Part shown: positions 23,310-30,291 of the stretch, piece after piece
How the letters are laid out: every line of letters starts with the position of its first letter
Position numbering within the stretch: the stretch's first letter is position 1
Source of the DNA: a virus
Length of the DNA: 30,291 nt
Direction: 5' to 3' (one strand)
Virus record (IMG/VR): IMGVR_UViG_3300030103_000918
Coordinates: 1 to 30,291 of that record
Notes under the pieces: generated by a model
What the model was told of the DNA's origin: nothing
Databases searched by the model: none
Seen by the model: the letters and a program-made list of their open reading frames with translations, nothing else
Made by a program: the position numbers and the translations under genes

Positions 23310-23622
23310 ATACTATAGACACATTCAAGATATGGAAGAATGGCAAGCATACTATTTTTACACTTCACTACATTTTAGGTTACGCAAGATCATCAGACAA
23401 GCAAACTGGAATAAGAATGTTATTACACGTTTTGAATTAAACAACAATGACAAAGAAATTCACAGACACCGTTTTGATAGATTAATAGATGAATTAAATG
23501 ATGTGGATAAGCATTGGAAACAATTACGATACAATTATGATAGTAAAAGAATAAAAAAAATAAAAAAACAATTAACTAGAATTAGAAATTATGGATTTAA
23601 AAACAGTAAACATAAAAGGTAA
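23296..23622 (+). CDS. Hypothetical basic 108-aa protein
   Basis: ATG at 23296. The C-terminus is Lys/Arg-rich. Confidence 0.6.
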   Translation: MEITEYYRHIQDMEEWQAYYFYTSLHFRLRKIIRQANWNKNVITRFELNNNDKEIHRHRFDRLIDELNDVDKHWKQLRYNYDSKRIKKIKKQLTRIRNYGFKNSKHKR

Positions 23623-23935
23623 ACAGTACGTCACAGTACAAGAAAGATTAAAATATTTCAGAGAACACTTTGCAGGATACAGCTTAACAAGTGAAATAAC
23701 ACACTTAAATGAAAATGGTGTGATAGTTCGTGCATCACTTAAAAACAATGAAGGTGATGAAGTGGCGAGTGGATATGCACACGAAAAACAAAATAGTAGT
23801 TTTATAAACAAAACTTCATTTATTGAAAACTGTGAGACATCTGCTTGGGGTAGGGCTTTAGGCAATTTTGGCGTAGGTGTAGATCAATCAGTAGCAAGCG
23901 CTGATGAAGTAGCAAACGCAATTAAAAACCAATAG
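23591..23935 (+). CDS. Conserved phage protein, possibly a minimal Rad52-like annealing protein
   Basis: KQYVTVQERLKYFREHF...ENCETSAWGRALGNFGVGVDQSVASADEV. The ETSAxGRALxxxGxG hairpin resembles the Rad52/Sak-type core. The gene lies upstream of an exonuclease. Confidence 0.35.
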   Translation: MDLKTVNIKGKQYVTVQERLKYFREHFAGYSLTSEITHLNENGVIVRASLKNNEGDEVASGYAHEKQNSSFINKTSFIENCETSAWGRALGNFGVGVDQSVASADEVANAIKNQ

Positions 23936-23937
23936 AT

Positions 23938-24072
23938 ATGATAAATAATATAAAAACCGAATGTGAAAAGCTGTTAGAATTAGTAAAAGAGCAACAGCAA
24001 ATAGATGAACAATGGAACGAAGCAATCAATAAATTTTACCAACAAAAACTAGAAGACTATGAAAATAAATGA
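23938..24072 (+). CDS. Small 44-aa helical ORF
   Basis: ATG at 23938, 2 nt after the upstream stop. It overlaps the next ATG (24059). Confidence 0.4.
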   Translation: MINNIKTECEKLLELVKEQQQIDEQWNEAINKFYQQKLEDYENK

Positions 24073-24307
24073 AATAGCAAAAGAATATGATATAGACAGG
24101 TACCCTGAAAATATTAAATCAGCATTAAAAAATAAATTTAGTAATTCGCCTTGTTTTACATATTTAGAGTTGATTAATATACACGATGCTTTATTAGTAT
24201 ATCTAGGAACTATTGAAGAAGGTTTGTATTTATGGAATAAAGTTGAAAATTTAGCTTATTTAATTGATTTTTGCCTAGAAAATAAATTATACAATGAAAA
24301 GGAATAG
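24059..24307 (+). CDS. Hypothetical 82-aa protein
   Basis: ATG at 24059. It overlaps the downstream exonuclease gene. Confidence 0.6.
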   Translation: MKINEIAKEYDIDRYPENIKSALKNKFSNSPCFTYLELINIHDALLVYLGTIEEGLYLWNKVENLAYLIDFCLENKLYNEKE

Positions 24308-25019
24308 ATTAAGCTATAGCGCATTATGTGCTTTTAAAAAATCACCTAACCACTTACTAAAATATTGGGAAGGTAAAACAAAAGTTACAGATGCAATGCA
24401 GTTTGGTAAAATTATACACAAACTATTATTAGAACCAGATTTATTTAATGATGATTATGCAGTGTTTGAGGGTAAAATACGTTCAGGCAAAAAATGGCAA
24501 GAGTTTAAAGCAGCTAATGATAATAAACAAATCATAAAACTATCAGAACTAGATGACGCTAATGCGATTGCAAACAACGCAATGAACAACCCTATATTTA
24601 ATAAACTAATGCAAAACAAGGTACACACTGAAAAAGAAGTAAGGTGGAATCACGCAGGAGTAAATTTTAAGGGTTTTGTTGATCTGGAAAGCTATCTTGA
24701 CGGTAAAACTATAGTATGTGATATAAAAACAACTACAGACGCTGGCAAGCGTTTTCAGCGTGATTTGATATACAATGATTACAAAATGCAAGCAGCTATG
24801 TATTTAGAAAACTATGATAATGCAGATTATTATATAATTGCAGTAGAAACTACTTCACCTTACAACGTACAAGTTTATAAGTTAGGATTAAATTTAATAA
24901 AAAAAGGTGAGACAGAATATCATAATTTAGTTGATAAGTACAACAACTGGAATGGTGAACTAGTTGGATATGGTGATGACATTATAGAAATAGAAGTAGA
25001 AGAACAAATATTAATTTAA
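24294..25019 (+). CDS. PD-(D/E)XK exonuclease (RecE C-terminal / Cas4 / RecB-like)
   Basis: SYSALCAFKKSPNHLL...FGKIIHKLLLEP, then FVDLE...CDIKTT (the D...D/E-x-K motif), then YKMQAAMY (the QxxxY motif). Confidence 0.75.
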   Translation: MKRNRLSYSALCAFKKSPNHLLKYWEGKTKVTDAMQFGKIIHKLLLEPDLFNDDYAVFEGKIRSGKKWQEFKAANDNKQIIKLSELDDANAIANNAMNNPIFNKLMQNKVHTEKEVRWNHAGVNFKGFVDLESYLDGKTIVCDIKTTTDAGKRFQRDLIYNDYKMQAAMYLENYDNADYYIIAVETTSPYNVQVYKLGLNLIKKGETEYHNLVDKYNNWNGELVGYGDDIIEIEVEEQILI

Positions 25020-25030
25020 AATAAACAACA

Positions 25031-25825
25031 ATGAAAATTATGAATAAAACAACAGTAAAGAACGAATTAAAAAGGGGGATATACATACCTTTTTATTCAA
25101 TTAAAGATTTAAAACCAGCAAAAGTTAACAGAGATTTATTTCTAAAGCACGCTGAAAATTTTAAAACTAAATTAAAAGAAAATGATTGGCTTTTACCAAT
25201 TATTATAGCAGCAAATGGTGATGTAATAGAAGGTCATCACAGAATAGAATCAGCAAAATTACTTGGCGAAAATACTGTGCTAGTATATGTTGTTGATTGG
25301 GTTAATACAAATAATGCTAAAGAGCATTTAAAATGTATTATTAATCTTAATAATGGCAACAAAGCTTGGACAAGTTTAGATTATTTGAAAGCATTTTCAA
25401 GAGACAACATAGCTTATAAAAAAGTTTATGATGCTTATATAAAAAATAGTAACAATATATCAGTCGGTAATGTTATCAATTGTTATTTTGGTTATGGCAA
25501 AGCAAATTCTTTTAATTTTAAAAAAGGGACATCAATAATTCTAAATGAAAATTTTGCTGAATTTCTTGTAAATAAATTTTCAAATTTAAATCAAAAATAT
25601 GGTAAAAGTAAAATTGCTGCATATTGTGTGAGAGAATTGATAGTAGTTGCATATACTAAAGCAAAGATGGATATAAAGACAATAAATTTTTTATTTAAAA
25701 AATATGAAGAAATGGCTAAAGTTGACCACGCATCAATAACTTCAATTAATAAATTTAAACCTTTAATGGAATTATATTTAAATGAATTTAATATGAAAAC
25801 AAAAAATAAAATAAAACAATTATGA
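25031..25825 (+). CDS. ParB/Srx-like N-terminal domain protein
   Basis: LLPIIIAANGDVIEGHHRIESAKLLGENTVLVYVV carries the GHHR motif. The C-terminal helical domain of about 170 aa is unassigned. Confidence 0.75.
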   Translation: MKIMNKTTVKNELKRGIYIPFYSIKDLKPAKVNRDLFLKHAENFKTKLKENDWLLPIIIAANGDVIEGHHRIESAKLLGENTVLVYVVDWVNTNNAKEHLKCIINLNNGNKAWTSLDYLKAFSRDNIAYKKVYDAYIKNSNNISVGNVINCYFGYGKANSFNFKKGTSIILNENFAEFLVNKFSNLNQKYGKSKIAAYCVRELIVVAYTKAKMDIKTINFLFKKYEEMAKVDHASITSINKFKPLMELYLNEFNMKTKNKIKQL

Positions 25826-26073
25826 AAGAAAAAACAATATACTGTGGAAGCGGTAAAGTAATGAATGAAAAGTGGTTAAAAGTAACTATTAATCCTGATA
25901 AGATTAGAGAACACATTCAAGAATTTAACGGTAACAAGTTTATAAAACTAAATATCAATGTAAAAGATGAAGCTGATCAATATGGTAAAGATGTATCCAT
26001 TAGTGTAGATACTTGGAAGCCAGAAGAAAAACAGGAATCATTGGGTTCAAATAGTAATGATCTTCCATTTTAG
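25822..26073 (+). CDS. Small protein (83 aa) ending in an SSB-like C-terminal tip, NDLPF
   Basis: ATGA overlap upstream. The C-terminus ...EEKQESLGSNSNDLPF* mimics the bacterial SSB tip D-(I/L)-P-F. A compact beta-rich N-domain suggests a possible non-canonical ssDNA binder. Confidence 0.45.
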   Translation: MKEKTIYCGSGKVMNEKWLKVTINPDKIREHIQEFNGNKFIKLNINVKDEADQYGKDVSISVDTWKPEEKQESLGSNSNDLPF

Positions 26074-26078
26074 AAACG

Positions 26079-26396
26079 ATGAAAGAATCAAAATACTTAT
26101 TGAAAAGGGGTTTGAGTATGTTAGCTGTACAAGAATTGTTGATTGATGGCTTTACATTGCCACAAATAGCAAAAAAGTACAACATACATCCTGAAACATT
26201 ATGCCGTGTGTATAAACCTGTCAAGAAAAATTTTAAATATATTGATACTAGGGCAAAAGTAAAAGCTAATGAAAGCGATAACATTAGTACAAACATTGCA
26301 CCTTTTGACAGGATATACACCTGGGATAGATTAAGTAAATCAGAAATACAAGCATACAACAACTATAACGAAAAACACAAAGCATATTATGACTGA
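26079..26396 (+). CDS. Helix-turn-helix DNA-binding protein
   Basis: LAVQELLIDGFTLPQIAKKYNIHPETLCRVY resembles a resolvase or sigma region-4 HTH. Confidence 0.55.
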   Translation: MKESKYLLKRGLSMLAVQELLIDGFTLPQIAKKYNIHPETLCRVYKPVKKNFKYIDTRAKVKANESDNISTNIAPFDRIYTWDRLSKSEIQAYNNYNEKHKAYYD

Positions 26397-26787
26397 AAAA
26401 GAAAAAGTAGAAAAAAGTATAATTTATTTAAATAATAAATACGATTGGAATCTTTATTCTTTAGATGATCAGTTTAGTTACTGGGATGCACAGAGTGCTA
26501 ATATGATAGTAGAATTTAAATTTAGAAACACATACTATCAAGATAAATATTTACAGGTAGATAAGTTTTATAATCTTTTAATGGCTGCTGATTACTATGA
26601 TAAAATGCTATACTACATAGTAATAGATGATTATGTAACTATATTTAATTTACGAACACTTAAAGATAAAATAATAAATTCTAAAGTAATAACACAATTA
26701 GCACCATACCAAACAGATTTTAATAAAACTAAAAAGGTCAATAAATATTTTTATATATTAAAACACGATCAACAAACTATACTATGA
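26389..26787 (+). CDS. Hypothetical protein, possibly a PD-(D/E)XK-fold nuclease
   Basis: YWDAQSANMIVEFKFR contains D-x7-E-x-K. This is weak. Confidence 0.3.
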   Translation: MTEKEKVEKSIIYLNNKYDWNLYSLDDQFSYWDAQSANMIVEFKFRNTYYQDKYLQVDKFYNLLMAADYYDKMLYYIVIDDYVTIFNLRTLKDKIINSKVITQLAPYQTDFNKTKKVNKYFYILKHDQQTIL

Positions 26788-27215
26788 AAGAATTACCATA
26801 CTTTAAATTCTTTCCAAACCAATGGATAACAGGCTCAATTATGTTTATGGATTTAGATGTGCAGGGCGCATTTATGAAAATATGTTGTTACTATTGGAGT
26901 AAAGAATGCAACGTTAGCAGAGATCAAATAAAATCATTGGTTCCAGATCATTGGAATAAATTAATTGATAGTCAATTACTTAAGATAGATAATAACAAGA
27001 TAAAAATAAAATGGTTAGATGAACAATACGAGGAAAGAAAAGAAGCACACGTCAAAAGAGTTAATGCAGGTAGAAAAGGTGGTAAAACCACACAAAACAA
27101 GCAAAGCTCAAGCAATGCTAAAGCATTAAGAAAAGATAAGATAAAAAAAGATAAATACGCAAATGATAATGTTTTACGTGTTAGTGATGAAGTCATAAAA
27201 CTACTAAATAAATGA
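26784..27215 (+). CDS. DUF1376-like replication-associated protein
   Basis: LPYFKFFPNQWITGSIMFMDLDVQGAFMKICCYYW matches the YFxFxxxDW...GAYxxLL pattern. The basic tail contains AGRKGGKT. Confidence 0.55.
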   Translation: MKELPYFKFFPNQWITGSIMFMDLDVQGAFMKICCYYWSKECNVSRDQIKSLVPDHWNKLIDSQLLKIDNNKIKIKWLDEQYEERKEAHVKRVNAGRKGGKTTQNKQSSSNAKALRKDKIKKDKYANDNVLRVSDEVIKLLNK

Positions 27216-28066
27216 TATTAGAAGATAAAGCAACAATACCATATTTAAAAGCATTTAAAGCTGGTAAAATAAAAAAAGGTATGGGTATTGGTTGCGTTTT
27301 AGATGACTACTTCTTGTACAAAAAAGGAAATTTTAATATGTTTCTTGGTCTTGATAATGTCGGCAAAACAAATTTCATATTATGGTATTTAACAGCATTA
27401 AGTAAATTACATAATAAGAAGTGGTGTATTTGGTCAGGTGAAAACAACGCAGGACAATTGAAACGTGATATAATTCAAATGTGGACAGGTGTAACAATAA
27501 AAGATTTAAATGAATATTTATTTTATCACGATCAAATAAGTAAGTATTTTAAATTTATTGATAATAGAAAACTGTACAACCATAAAGAACTATTACAAAT
27601 ATTTGAAAAAGAACAATGTGATGGTTGTTTAATAGACCCATACACAGGTATAAATCACGACAGAAGAATATCACAATTTGAGCGCAATTATCAAATATGC
27701 AATGATGTTAGGGAGTTTTGCAACAAAACAGGCAAAACAATGTTTATATCAATGCACCCGCAGACAGAAGCTGCTAGGCGTGTATATCCTGCTGACCATT
27801 TATTATATGGACACATACAACCACCAAGAAAAGCAGATTGTGAGGGTGGGCAAGTGTTTCCAAACAGGGTAGATAATTTCATTTGTTTACACAGGTTAAT
27901 ATCACACGATAAACTATGGATGATGACAGAAGTACACGTTTATAAAATAAAGGATAAAGAAACAGGTGGTAAGCCAACAATGTTAAATGAGCCATTAAGA
28001 TTTGATTACAATAATGGTTTAGGTTTTACTATTGGTGGTTTAAATGTATTAAAACAAAAACAATGA
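27212..28066 (+). CDS. DnaB C-terminal / RecA-fold ATPase, putative replicative helicase
   Basis: Walker A motif FLGLDNVGKTNF. Walker B motif GCLIDPYTG. The size and layout resemble the T7 gp4 or RepA helicase domain. Confidence 0.65.
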   Translation: MILEDKATIPYLKAFKAGKIKKGMGIGCVLDDYFLYKKGNFNMFLGLDNVGKTNFILWYLTALSKLHNKKWCIWSGENNAGQLKRDIIQMWTGVTIKDLNEYLFYHDQISKYFKFIDNRKLYNHKELLQIFEKEQCDGCLIDPYTGINHDRRISQFERNYQICNDVREFCNKTGKTMFISMHPQTEAARRVYPADHLLYGHIQPPRKADCEGGQVFPNRVDNFICLHRLISHDKLWMMTEVHVYKIKDKETGGKPTMLNEPLRFDYNNGLGFTIGGLNVLKQKQ

Positions 28067-28302
28067 AATATAGATATGAAAACATAGATACTTTTATGAG
28101 TTATAAAAGTTGGAGTGATAAACAAAAGATTGATGAACTATTACGAATAGATTGCAACTTATATGCAAACCTAGGTACTGATAGCACACCAGAAGAAAAG
28201 GAAGAAGCAAAAAGAAGAAGTTTAATAATATATAGATTAATTAAAACACTTGATAAAAAGTTAGGTGATGAACTACTATATATGGAAGATAAAAAACAAT
28301 AA
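28063..28302 (+). CDS. Hypothetical 79-aa protein
   Basis: ATGA overlap upstream and TAATG overlap downstream. Confidence 0.6.
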   Translation: MKYRYENIDTFMSYKSWSDKQKIDELLRIDCNLYANLGTDSTPEEKEEAKRRSLIIYRLIKTLDKKLGDELLYMEDKKQ

Positions 28303-28559
28303 TGGACACAATAGATATAACAATTACAAAGAACAAGTTACAGATACTTATACTACAAGCACAAGAAAACATTAAAGAAAAAGCAACCAACAGCAGGAAA
28401 GAAGCGTTAGATACATTGACAGATGCATATTCTACAATAGTTTATTTACAAGCTGCATTAGATAATTTACACAAAAAAAACTTAATAGCAGAACAGAACT
28501 GCATCAAGGCATACAAGCAGAATCAGCAACTAAAGAAAAAATTTAGTAATTTTATATAA
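28302..28559 (+). CDS. Hypothetical 85-aa coiled-coil protein
   Basis: Coupled start and helical composition. Confidence 0.6.
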   Translation: MDTIDITITKNKLQILILQAQENIKEKATNSRKEALDTLTDAYSTIVYLQAALDNLHKKNLIAEQNCIKAYKQNQQLKKKFSNFI

Positions 28560-28560
28560 T

Positions 28561-28656
28561 ATGATTAATATAGATTATATATATTATGTGGTGTTTTTAG
28601 TATGTATTGTATCATTCTTTGCAGGAATGTTAACACATTTTTTATTTAATAGATGA
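28561..28656 (+). CDS. Candidate 31-aa single-pass membrane peptide
   Basis: MINIDYIYYVVFLVCIVSFFAGMLTHFLFNR. The ATG lies 1 nt after the upstream stop. Confidence 0.35.
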   Translation: MINIDYIYYVVFLVCIVSFFAGMLTHFLFNR

Positions 28657-28657
28657 A

Positions 28658-28831
28658 ATGAAAAATCAAAAAACACTTAACGAATTAAAACAAACTAAAG
28701 AATATTATAAGAATCCTTATGAACCTGTGGTGAATGGTATAAAATACTTGTGTGCTATATATCCAAATAATGCTGATCTAGGTGCAGCAGTTCGCGAACA
28801 CTTTCAAATAAGCAAAGATGAATGCAAATAA
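28658..28831 (+). CDS. Small 57-aa ORF
   Basis: ATG at 28658, 1 nt after the preceding stop. It overlaps the resolvase start at 28818. Confidence 0.45.
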   Translation: MKNQKTLNELKQTKEYYKNPYEPVVNGIKYLCAIYPNNADLGAAVREHFQISKDECK

Positions 28832-29168
28832 AAAAGGCAAAAGGTTTGAATTAAAAGTAGCTAAGTATTTAGCTGAAAAGTTGCAAGCAAATATCAGACG
28901 TACTCCCAATAGTGGTGGATTATCTATGAAAGGTGATATTCTTTGCATTGATGATAATAGTATTTTAAGTGAATTTAATTGGGAGTGTAAGAATCAAGAA
29001 AAACTAAATATTTGGAAAGCACTTGAACAAAGTAGAAATGATTGTTTGGGAAACGCAAAGATGCCAGTGGTATGTTTCACTAAAAACTTTGAACGTGATT
29101 ATGTGGCTATTGAATTAGATGATTTTGTAAACTTGTTAATTGAAGTTGAAGAAGGTCGAGCTAAATAA
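28818..29168 (+). CDS. Holliday junction resolvase (Hjc / PD-(D/E)XK type)
   Basis: KGKRFELKVAKYL...RRTPNSGG...KGDILCID...FNWECKN fits the G-x-F-E ... SG ... D ... E-x-K layout. Confidence 0.7.
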   Translation: MNANKKGKRFELKVAKYLAEKLQANIRRTPNSGGLSMKGDILCIDDNSILSEFNWECKNQEKLNIWKALEQSRNDCLGNAKMPVVCFTKNFERDYVAIELDDFVNLLIEVEEGRAK

Positions 29169-29667
29169 TATATTAGAACACCTTGCACTTTATCATAATG
29201 ATTTTTGTGAAATTGCGAATAATTTATTATATAAGAAAGATAAGAAAGTTGTACAAGATATAGTACAGGAAATGTACATTAAACTATATGAACAAGTACA
29301 CGATGGAAAACTGGAAACACAACAATTAATAATAAACGATAAACCACACTTCGGAATTATAAAAAGAACAATAAAAAGAATAATACAAGATAACGCAAAC
29401 AAAGAAAACAAGATACCTAAAGACGATAACGCAGTAATAAAAAACATAGTAGAAGAAGAAGAATTTGAAATAGAAGAATTTAACAATAAAGTACTAGACA
29501 TATTAAATGGTATGTACTGGTTTGACCGTAAACTATTTACGTTGTATGTTAAGCAATTCAATAGCATCAGAAAGTTGGCAAAAGAGACAAGATTAGGACA
29601 CGTAACAGTATACAATACAATTAAAAGAGCAAAAAAAAATATTAAAAAGAAACTATATGAAAAGTAA
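29140..29667 (+). CDS. Sigma-70 family (ECF-like, two-domain) RNA polymerase sigma factor
   Basis: Region 2-like VQDIVQEMYIKLYEQ. Region 4 HTH-like FNSIRKLAKETRLGHVTVYNTIKRAKKNIKKKL. The start is uncertain: TTG 29140 or 29146, with no early ATG. Confidence 0.65.
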   Translation: MKLKKVELNNILEHLALYHNDFCEIANNLLYKKDKKVVQDIVQEMYIKLYEQVHDGKLETQQLIINDKPHFGIIKRTIKRIIQDNANKENKIPKDDNAVIKNIVEEEEFEIEEFNNKVLDILNGMYWFDRKLFTLYVKQFNSIRKLAKETRLGHVTVYNTIKRAKKNIKKKLYEK

Positions 29668-30034
29668 GGGATTAGGAGATACAATAGAAAAGATAACAAA
29701 AGCAACAGGTATCAAAGCTGGTGTAAATTACATATTTGATAAACTAGGAATGGACTGTGGATGTGAAAAAAGGAAGGAAAGATTAAATTCTTTATTCCCT
29801 TACTCTAAACCAGAATGCTTAAACGCAGAAGAATATGAAACATTAAAAGATATATTTAAACACATCAATAATAGATTAGGTGCAACAGAACAACAAAAAT
29901 TATTAAAAATACATAATAGAATATTCAATCAACAAAGAAAAATGTCAAGCTGTGGTAGTTGTGTAAAAGAACTAGTAGACACAATGAGAAAACTATTTAA
30001 TGAATATGAATACGAACAAGAAACACAAACTTAA
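29657..30034 (+). CDS. Hypothetical 125-aa protein with CxC ... CxxC cysteines
   Basis: GLGDTIEKITKATGIKAGV...MDCGCEKRKERLN...SSCGSCVKE. It overlaps the sigma factor stop. Confidence 0.65.
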   Translation: MKSKGLGDTIEKITKATGIKAGVNYIFDKLGMDCGCEKRKERLNSLFPYSKPECLNAEEYETLKDIFKHINNRLGATEQQKLLKIHNRIFNQQRKMSSCGSCVKELVDTMRKLFNEYEYEQETQT

Positions 30035-30128
30035 AAAAGAAGCTGAAGACAAATTAAAACAGTACCTTAATGAATATGATGAAGGTATTAAAAACAGTGA
30101 AAATACAGTGAGAAATGAGCAAAATTGA
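30000..30128 (+). CDS. Candidate 42-aa ORF filling the gap before terS
   Basis: ATG at 30000 (or 30006), stop TGA at 30126-30128. It overlaps both neighbours. The product is Lys/Glu-rich. Confidence 0.25.
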   Translation: MNMNTNKKHKLKKEAEDKLKQYLNEYDEGIKNSENTVRNEQN

Positions 30129-30291
30129 AAACTTAAAACCTTTTGAAAAAGGCAAGAGTGGTAATCCTACAGGCAGGCCAAAGGGAAGCAAAAACAGAAG
30201 CACAATAATTCGTGAAATGTTGGATATGATGGTGCAGGTAAAAGATAATCAAGGTAATGATGTATGGCAATCTAATGAATACAGAATGGTA
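30115..30291 (+). CDS. 5' portion of the terminase small subunit-like gene (DUF5681-type), continuing at position 100 after the junction
   Basis: MSKIENLKPFEKGKSGNPTGRPKGSKNRSTIIRE carries the GNPxGRPKG signature. It is in frame with 1..264, giving a 113-aa product. Confidence 0.6.
   Translation, partial: MSKIENLKPFEKGKSGNPTGRPKGSKNRSTIIREMLDMMVQVKDNQGNDVWQSNEYRMV
30193..30291. repeat. Right copy of the 99-bp terminal direct repeat
   Basis: Identical to 1..99. Confidence 0.95.

Noticed and set aside
27678-27872. 64-aa alternative-frame + strand ORF inside the helicase gene, and its antisense partner 27691..27882
   Set aside because: It is embedded within the Walker B/sensor region of a coherent ATPase ORF and has no independent signal.
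1-30291. Search by eye for CRISPR arrays, tRNA/tmRNA genes, integrase/att sites, transposases, toxin-antitoxin pairs and known defence-system signatures
   Set aside because: No spaced direct-repeat array is present. The few intergenic gaps are too short and AT-rich for a cloverleaf. I saw no tyrosine or serine recombinase motifs, no transposase, and no nucleotide-cyclase, TIR, Sir2 or STAND-like ORFs. The window is fully accounted for by a lytic-type phage genome.

Overview
The window is an apparently complete, AT-rich tailed dsDNA phage genome. Its first 99 bp are identical to its last 99 bp, so the unique length is 30,192 bp. That overlap looks like a circular-assembly overlap rather than a demonstrated terminal repeat. 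All convincing genes are on the + strand, tightly packed, and often translationally coupled through ATGA or TAATG overlaps.

Modules in order:
- **Packaging:** a terS-like gene split by the linearisation point, then a PBSX-type terL.
- **Neck, tail and baseplate:** includes a tail-assembly-chaperone-like gene with a T9 -1 frameshift site, two large structural proteins and a TP901-type tape measure. There is no sheath gene, so this is a siphovirus-type tail.
- **Head:** an XkdF-like prohead protease fused to extra modules, a scaffold, the major capsid protein, a putative tail tube protein, a portal with a C-terminal extension, and a connector.
- **Tail fibres:** two Laminin_G_3 (LamG) fibre/adhesin genes.
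- **Lysis:** an Amidase_2 endolysin, a TM/coiled-coil protein and a GTA-holin-like protein.
- **Early block:** a calcineurin-like phosphoesterase, an RHH regulator, a PD-(D/E)XK exonuclease, a ParB-like protein, a small SSB-tip protein, a DUF1376-like protein, a DnaB/RecA-like helicase, a Holliday-junction resolvase and a two-domain sigma-70/ECF-like sigma factor.

I recognised no integrase, DNA polymerase, reverse transcriptase, tRNA or CRISPR array. The host is probably a Bacteroidota (Flavobacteriia-like) bacterium. That is an inference from the lack of Shine-Dalgarno sequences, the A-rich leaders, and the Ig-like Cys-containing repeats and LamG modules typical of gliding Bacteroidota surface proteins.

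I found no clear-cut new defence or anti-defence system. The most interesting signals are:
- a 30-nt motif conserved upstream of two structural operons, paired with the phage sigma factor
- a -1 frameshift site in a chaperone-like gene displaced from the tape measure
- an 11-bp-phased repeat array after terL
- a polyvalent protease fusion
- a short HxH...YMP module shared by a head protein and a tail-fibre protein

All family assignments come from motif recognition by eye and need HMM or structure confirmation.
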